Part shown: piece after piece, positions 52,101 through 60,164 of the stretch
How positions within the stretch are numbered: the first letter of the stretch is position 1
Layout of the letters: every line of letters starts with the position of its first letter
Assembly: GCF_000181795.1 (NCBI RefSeq)
Contig: NW_003526945.1
Location: 4,250,667 to 4,310,830 of the forward strand
Length of the DNA: 60,164 nt
Reading direction: 5' to 3'
Source of the DNA: Trichinella spiralis
Lineage: Eukaryota
The notes under the pieces: model-generated
Database searches by the model: none
What the model was told of the DNA's origin: nothing
What the model saw: the letters and a program-made list of their open reading frames with translations, nothing else
Made by a program: the position numbers and the translations under genes

Positions 52101-54455
52101 TCGGATGCTTAATATGATAAAAAAAACAGTATAAAATGAAAAATTTGCTCTGAAAAAACAAACAATGATTTTGAAAAAACTCACATCAGTGAAATACCAT
52201 CGTTGCGTGGTCGACCGAGTACAGGACGCCGGTTCCAAGCAGAGCGTTGTGAATTTCTCTTTCGCCTTCTTGTTGTATTCAAAGTCCAGCACATAGATTA
52301 TTTCATTGGAAGAAGTATCGCTCGCACCGACATTGCGTATTCGATTATCAGACTCCATTTGCCAATATTGAAATGGAGTGAAACGTTGTTCATTGTTCTA
52401 AAATATTCAAATAATAAATAGAAAAACAATGGGGAAAATAAAACAAGGAAAAAAATATATAAATGAGAACGTGCAACAATTGCAATTACATAATTTGCAA
52501 GAATAACAGCTGTCGTGCCAACTGCGGTCAGTACAAAACAATCTTTCGAAATCATCGTCGACTCGTTTCTGCAAAACCAACAAACAAACAATTATACATT
52601 ATTCATACACATGCATAAATAAATAAATATATTTATATGTAATAGCATGGTGAAATTAAATTGCTCAAATTGCCGACCTGCTGACTAAGATCACAAACGG
52701 ATTTTCGTACGCAACAGCAACGTGATCTTGAGAGCCGTTCATCTCCAGTTCCACCTTTTGACCGGTTGCAAATGTCAACATCAGTAATTTCGGTTTCAAC
52801 CAATGGTCCCAGTTGTAGTTTGCTAGAAATTTATATGTTTTACTTTTTGAGAATGTGTACTCATTTTTCTTTAAAAAAATTATAATAAATATCTATTTTT
52901 ACTGATCGTGCCGGGTAAAACTTCGATCATCAATTTATCAGGGCAGTGTTTCTGCTTGAATGCGAACGGTACCGATGACAAATTGATCATCTGCATTGGA
53001 GGTAAATAATGATTGGCGTCGGAAAAGGTGATCACGTACGATGAACTTTCCATCACTATTTCCACCGACAAAAAATGAGGCAGCGAATTTTGATCTCTGA
53101 ATAAAAGAGAAAATTCTTATTTTCTGCTTATATTTAACGCGAACGACTGCCGCTGTTGTCATGAGAACAGCAGCAGCATCAGCAGCAGCAACTACTACTA
53201 TTACTACTACTACCTGACATGAAGTAGAAAACAAGTCATACGGTCGATGAGAAATTCTTGTGACCATGTGTTCATGTGACCAATACGAACGCACATCAGT
53301 GGCGGCTTGGAAGCATCCGACAAATGCCAAGCTTTCGTCTCAGACGGCAAAATACAAACCACGTTTTTTTCATCTGGCTTGAAATCTTCCGATTTCTGAA
53401 AAAAGAAAACAAGATAATAATGAGCAGTGTTCAAGTGAAAGTGAAACTGCAACAACATCCAGTGTTGTTGCAGCCTACCTCATTAGTAGCTGAATATTGA
53501 CAAACAGAAACTCTTTTATGGGATCTGTTGATCAGCTTGTAACGAGTTGTCAGAACAATCAGCAGGCAATTTTTCAGCGGTCCTTCGAGAAGTTCAATTT
53601 CCACACCAATATTGTAAATACTATAAACAAACGAACAAAACCGTTAACAAATTGAGATGTTGCCTTTTTTTTGGGGGGGGGGAGCACCGTTCTTTATCGT
53701 CAGCTGAGACGAGCTTCAAATCTCTGAACGCGATACCCTTTTCCAGTGAAAAGTCTTCACACCATTTTGGCTCCAGCAAGGGTTCCATTAAACAACCAAG
53801 ACGTACACAACATCTCAAAAAATGAACAGATGTAAAATAAACAAATGGAAAAAATTTGGAATAAGAAAAAAACGCCCAAAATATTTTCCAACTGACCATC
53901 CCAGCGGTGATGGGCAGATATTTGTCGCGGATGGAGATGAAAAGAAAAAGAAAAAACGAGAACCCAAAGGGTCACACACCTTTGAGGGGATTCAGAATCC
54001 GAAAGCGAGAACAGCAGCGGGCTGGTGGATGGTACTTCTTCCATTTTTGGCATTTGACCGGCTGCATGACCTTTCGTACCAAACTGCTTCAAAATCAACG
54101 GCAAACCACTTTTGTTGACAACAACAAAATCTGACTTCAGCTCAATCTTCAACATTAGCATAACAATAACAACAACAACAACAAAAGAGCAGGCAAAAAA
54201 TTCATTTTAACATCACTAACGACATATGTTTCGGGTATTGTCGAACTGATGTGGGCGCGTAATACGAGCAAACGATCGTAACAATCTTTCAGCGGTGTTG
54301 AAATCAACGGAAGCACGGGCTCTTCTTTGAAAGGGGCCAACGGCTGCGAAGATTTGAACTCACCGACGAAGAAGAAAAATTTGACAAGTGGATCCGGCTT
54401 GATCTGTGAAAAACAATTTCTACAGTCAGTCGACACAGAACCGATTCCATTCCAT

Positions 54456-54503
<48 letters not shown>

Positions 54504-57500
54504 CCCAGTGCAAAGCTTGCTGACCACCGCTGAGAATTGTAACCGTCTTTTGCTCGTTGTCTTTCAACACCAAATCCAACGGAAGCCAATTTTTGAACAC
54601 AACAGTCGGCAAAAAGTGAATCAAATTGGCCGGCAGTGCGGTTTGCCGTTCCAACCCAACGTCGAAACGAAGTTCTGAGACCTGCGCAACAAGCCTGACA
54701 AAGAAAAAAAGAATTTATAAATGCGCAGGCAAATGGTAAATTGCAAAAAAAAAACTGTTACCAAATTGTGCCTTCTTTGTCCGCCGAATAACATCCGCAC
54801 AACTGCGACGATTTCACCAGTTGAACACAATGCCAACCAACGTCCGCATCATCAGCAGAATGCAAACTGGACGACGGTCGCACGTACAAAGAACAATCAG
54901 CCGAATAACGCACTGGCACATTCAACACTGTTCCAGGCAAAAAGCTACTTTCGAACGCAGCATCTAAATTTTTTTGGTTCTTTTTCAAATTAATTAAAAA
55001 AAAGCACATTCTTCAACTGAAACATCATCGCATTCACCTCGCTGATGATTCGCCGTAATTTTGATATCCAAACCAAAGTCCAAACAGTTGTGCAACGACA
55101 ACGCAGAAGTGACGGTTACTGTTTTCATACCAAAATCATCCGCTGAGACGCGAAAAAGCACTCGCATTGGCACTAGCTGGTCCGATTCCTTGAAACAAAT
55201 GCACAATGTTTTTTTTTGTTGAATACAACACTATCTCATCCATCAAAAGATCACTTGTGCATACTTTGTCGAGGGGAAAATTTACCGATCTGAAGTAAAC
55301 ACCAACTCGACTGACATCAATTGGAGAGTCGATTTCAGAATCGGCTATTTTGATTTTCAACCTTTCCAACAACTGTCCACCCTGTGAAAAGTGAACACAA
55401 CTTCTGGTCAAGACAACAGGCAAAAAACAGCACCATCGGCGGTGGTGCGCTGAAACTACAAACCATGTACAATTCGCATTCTTCGTCGAATAACAGCTGA
55501 GCGCACTCGTCAGCTGGAACCAATTTCCAAGAAACACGCTCATCATTGTGGCGATTTTGGGGAACATCCGATTTGGAAATCACATTCCAGCTGATCAATT
55601 CACCAGTATCATTTTTCAACGCATAAATGGGCAATTGCAACTTTGGTTCACCAAATATATATCTGAACAATAGAATGATGGATTGTACGAAGTGAACGAA
55701 AAGAAAAAACCAGAAAACACCGCAAAAGTGCGCTACCGATAACAGGAGGATGCTTTGTCCAAGTATTCGGGCAAGGCAGTGCGAAGCCTGAACGCTCGAT
55801 CGACTACCAACTTCAGCAAAGTGAAAACTGCAATCGAATCTTCTGAAATATGATTCTTCACTTTTGAAGAAAACAAAAAAAAGGAATACGTCAAAAATGA
55901 GCAAAATTGATTTTACCAAGTTTGAATTCAACGCAGGCATCTTTTTGCTGAAAATCCACAAACCAAGATACAGAAGTCAACCTGGTAGAGAATAACAGCA
56001 ATTATTATTATTGAAACAAATTAACAAAAAATTTTTCAATATTGAAAACTGCTTGCTGACTTGAAATTTTCCAACAACGGTTCCCAGTCGTTCCAACAAA
56101 CATTGTAGATGTCAACGCAACAACAACACTGACCAAAGCCGATGAACGCAACCGCATCCCTGGATTTCGTGCGCTGATTCAGAAAACAATCTGAATAAAA
56201 ACAAAAAATAGCTGTTTAAAAAAATGTCCCTCTGCACAAAAATAGGCGCACAAACGGTCGAAATGAACAAACATACTCGGAATCGACAGCCGAGCAATTG
56301 GTGGACGAAGTTGCGCATAATCGGCAACAACAATGGAACACGAATATATTTCCAACCGCAACAGCTGCAACAGTTTGTAAAATGCCAACACTGATCGCGT
56401 TCTGTTCCTGCGCCTGAAGTGACAAGCGAAAATTTCTTTTACAATCAAATAATCACAATAGGACATCTTGATCGTGCAACTGGACAGGTGAATCTGAATG
56501 AAATTATGCATAAAATTTAACGTGGGAAGTTTGAAAAATAAAATAAACATTACAATAACTCCGCAACTGTCAGTCAATTCGTCCAACGTGCGAAAATGAA
56601 GCCACCTCTTCAATGCCTGGCGTTGGATCGTAAAGCGAAACAGTATCGTGAAACGATTGCTCAGAGGGATGCAAAAGCCATCCAATTTTCCAAACAGGCA
56701 CGTCGATAGGAGCACCGATTTCACGTCAACTCGACACTCGTGCATATCTGATTTCAAAAAATACCGCAAAGTTGCTTCGATCTGAAAAAAAAAACCATAT
56801 ACACAAATCTCACATGCAATCGCAATTATCATGTGCTGTATCCACGTGTCGTGTGCTTACGTGAAATTTCAAAACATTAGAATCTGGTCGCATTGGTTCT
56901 TCAATCAGATACAGTTGGCAATTGGTGAGGCGGAACAGCCATTGGATTTCACGACTCCTCACGGCAGGAGAAGCATCGTCGTTCACCAATGACGACGACT
57001 CTTCAACTGGTACAACTTGTTCAACTTCGTCCGACGTTTGCTGCTCAGCTGTATTCTCTGAAATACAAGAGTTTGGTATTCTTTTTTCTGTCCGCATGTT
57101 CTATTCACCAACTCTTAAGTCACCTTCGAACGGCCAATCCGGATGTTCCAAGAGTGTATTGAATAAAGCTGAAAACCAAGCCGGTGAAAATACCATGCGA
57201 AAATGGGAAAAGTTGCAAGTAAATGTCGTCGACGTGGAATTGCTTTCACAGTGCAATTCCAACGGCATTGGATCATCATTCAATATCAAAGTGTCGCATC
57301 CGCTCAATTCTGCACTGCACGGTCCGTCTAGAAATTTCAGTGATAAATTCAAATCAAAATGTCATGCAAATAATGGACAACTGTGCTGCTAACTGATTTG
57401 GAAAAGTAGAATAAGAGCAAGCAAATGAAATAACAACAAAATATGAACCACCAAATTTATTTATTATTACCTGGTCGTTGAACAATTCTGCTGTAAATGT

Positions 57501-59900
57501 CAAAAGCTTGAATGTAAAATTTGCAATTCATGCTGAACCACGCATACGGGCAACTTTCCAAAAGCAACAGGACGTCGTCCAATTTTACACAGCCCTCGCG
57601 AATGTCGCCACGTTCGAAACCAACGACAAAGCGAAGCTCTACGGAATCCATCTGTACATTCACTGTTGTGCCGGGTCCGATATTGCAAAGCGCTCGCTGA
57701 ATCAGAACATTAAAAATAAATTTTATTCGTTTCTTTTCGGAGATTATTTTTGGTTACCAAAGATTTGTCCATCAATGTCTCCATACAGCCATCACTGACT
57801 GCTTCGCCAAAGTTGCGCTGCATGATATCTAAAGCTACTCGAATCGCTCCTCCATACAAGCAGAACTTTGTACCACCAGATTCCGCCAATGTTCTGATAT
57901 TCAAAGTATTCTCTAAAAATGGGAAACCGAATACAGACAAGCCGAATACAAAAATCACAAAGTAGCAATAAAGACAATAGCAGCAATAACAGTATTGCAC
58001 CTATAGAAAACTTATTTGTCTAAAACTGGCTATTCTAAAATTTTACGAATGAAAATTGTCAGTAGAAATAATTTCAACTGTATTCACCAAAAAAAAAAAC
58101 AAATAAGCAGAGGTATTGAATCATATCAATCGAAACCTGACATTAATATTTTTGAAATTTAATTTAGATTACACATAAAAAGTGATCAGAAATTAAAAAT
58201 TAAACAAACGCCGTAAATTTACAGTGTCCTATTAATGCTGACAGTTGAAGTATTTGCATTGATTAAAATTCTGAAATATAAAATCATAATAATATATAGT
58301 GTGCAATTTGAAATTAAAGAGCTCATACTTTGACACAGCGTGGCCATACATAAATGACGAGTGAATTTTGCTTCAATATCAAAATGTGATTCACACAACG
58401 GATTTATCTGAAAAAAAGTCATCCTGAGAACAACAACAACAACAGAAAGAACAATCTCGTAGTACAAAAAGAAAATATACTATTTCAAAACGATGATTAT
58501 TTCCAAAAGGGAACGTGGTTGTTGTACAATCTTGGCACAGAGCATTCCAACGCAAACAATGGAGCAAGCCTATCCTGCGCGCACTGATGTTCCAAATATC
58601 CATCAGGTGAAACAGCGCTGACTCTGAGGAGAAAAGTAAAAATTTATAAACATGAGATAAATTCTGTACACATGCATTCTGTACGTGTGCCTATGCAATC
58701 AAAATAATGCTAAACTGTATGTGAAAATTCACATGCAAACACTCACTGTTATTATCTCTGTCTAGGAGAAATGAGTTTTCAGCATGCAATTCTTCAACAT
58801 GAAAAATTAAAGCATGCCTCGACTGCACGCATATAGGAACGGCAACAGAGACACGAGACATGATCATATTAATTTTCAATCGAAGACCATACGGCTTTTC
58901 CTGAAATGCACGACAAAACTGACAAATGGAAATGAAAAAAAAGAACAAAATTTCAATTCATCGTCAATATTACCTTGCCAGAAATGTAATGTCCCGTACT
59001 GATGTAGTAGTATTGCTTGTGCGTCGTGCAGAATTCTTGCCAAGCAAAAAGAATGCCATATACAAAACGATTGGTATGCACGTAGTGAAGGTGGTCCAAG
59101 AAAAATAAGTTCAAATGCCCATCCGATTCTCGAACGCATTCTGCATCGTTCATTCGATTACTGACAACAATGAAAAGAAAAAAAAAGATGAAAATCACAA
59201 CCGAAAAAATCATTTCATATCACACGATGTTTACTAATGCATAGCTTTTTCCGAACAGAAGATAATTAAATTAATTACACTCGTCAGTGAATGAGAATTA
59301 TTCAAATATTTTTTGATTTCTACCCAATTACTCTGCTTCTTTCTTTCTCTTTCTCACAAACAGACATGCAAAATGTAAGAGTACAGGTAAAATTTCAACT
59401 GTCAAAAAAGTGAAAAACTCACAGGATGTATTCAAATCGACCGCAATTATTGTGATGCCTCATAGCAGCTCGGTTAATGTATAAATCACCCGGTACTTTA
59501 GAACAGTTGAACAGAAAAAATCCACTCATTACACCATTAGCAATAACGATTTCCTAAAGTAGAAAACGAAAAGATTTTCAAAAATTAACAACAACAAATT
59601 GAAATGATAGTTATGCTAAAATAATTTACCTTGTCAACAAAAATCGTTGTCCTGCAATGCAACAATTTGAACAAAGCAGCATTTTCTGCGTCGTTCGGAA
59701 ATGGAATGCAGAATTCAATTTTGTCACTATTCAGGCTGATATGCAACGTCGGTGATAATTCTACTCGAAATTTAAGAAGTCAAATAAATAAGCAAACAAA
59801 GAGAATGCACATACCTGAAGCTTTCAAACACAAACGCAACAAATGTATCATGTCCAAGAAGATGAACCATGCTTGCGAATATGCTGCAAAGTGTAGATAT
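49154..59900 (-). CDS. VPS13D: VPS13 family lipid-transfer protein, VPS13D-like; 3' portion only, N-terminal chorein domain not seen in the window
   Basis: QAMKILGTVDFLGNPIGL, HGLSNSAAKFTSALSEG, GIKGFGIGIFGGMTSL, GLVGTVAKPMQGVLDLATG, IQV..QCDNQ, VVVNKSGLPLILKQ, AAGQ, NWLPLDL, NDWEPLLE and a ricin-like VLDF..TQRW segment. The last exon ends ICSKM* at 49154. Confidence 0.85.
54464..54498. repeat. (TA)n microsatellite in a VPS13 intron
   Basis: Read directly from the sequence. Confidence 0.9.
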
Positions 59901-60016
59901 TGAAAATGCAAACGCAGTTTCACTTCCTACAAGTAGTAAATGAAAAAAATTAATTAATTAATTGATAAATGCATCTATATAATTTGGGTCATATAATTCT
60001 TGTATGTATATAAATC

Positions 60017-60122
60017 TGGGGTTTGGTCCCACTTGGGCTCAATTTTATTCCCATTCGGTCCCACTTTTCATTTATTGGTCGTTGTACTCGCTATTTTATT
60101 ATTGGTCGTTGACCTCGCTATC
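60017..60122. repeat. Short internally repetitive segment, possibly the edge of a dispersed repeat
   Basis: GGTCCCACTT occurs twice and TTATTGGTCGTTG..CTCGCTAT occurs twice. It lies at the window edge. Confidence 0.4.
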
Positions 60123-60164
60123 TTATTAGACCGTAAAGTCTTTGTCGTATTGGTTTTCCTTGTC

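Overview
AT-rich eukaryotic genomic DNA with many short GT-AG introns. The gene structure and protein similarities suggest a nematode, possibly Trichinella-like; this taxonomic call is inference only. From left to right the window holds: a ~1.28-kb tandem array (1-4640); a serotonin-transporter-type SLC6 gene (-); RBBP5 (-); a compact kinesin-8 (+) with an E2F/CCAAT/CHR promoter cluster; a gene-poor zone with a 32-bp minisatellite and a 259-bp LTR/MITE-like element; NUS1 (+); NADK2 (-); an unrecognised 5-exon gene (-) bracketed by two direct copies of a duplicated block that carry 2 versus 6 copies of a 352/353-bp unit; MTHFR (+); a GC-rich ZIP13-like zinc transporter (+); an HPS5/pink-like gene (+); and the 3' part of a VPS13D-like gene (-). 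The most notable items are the direct-repeat-flanked orphan gene with its variable, apparently coding-derived array, two non-canonical splice junctions in MTHFR, and the mosaic 1.28-kb satellite. No RNA genes, CRISPR arrays or intact transposons were recognised, and I cannot claim a clearly new biological system. Exon coordinates were assembled by eye and are approximate.
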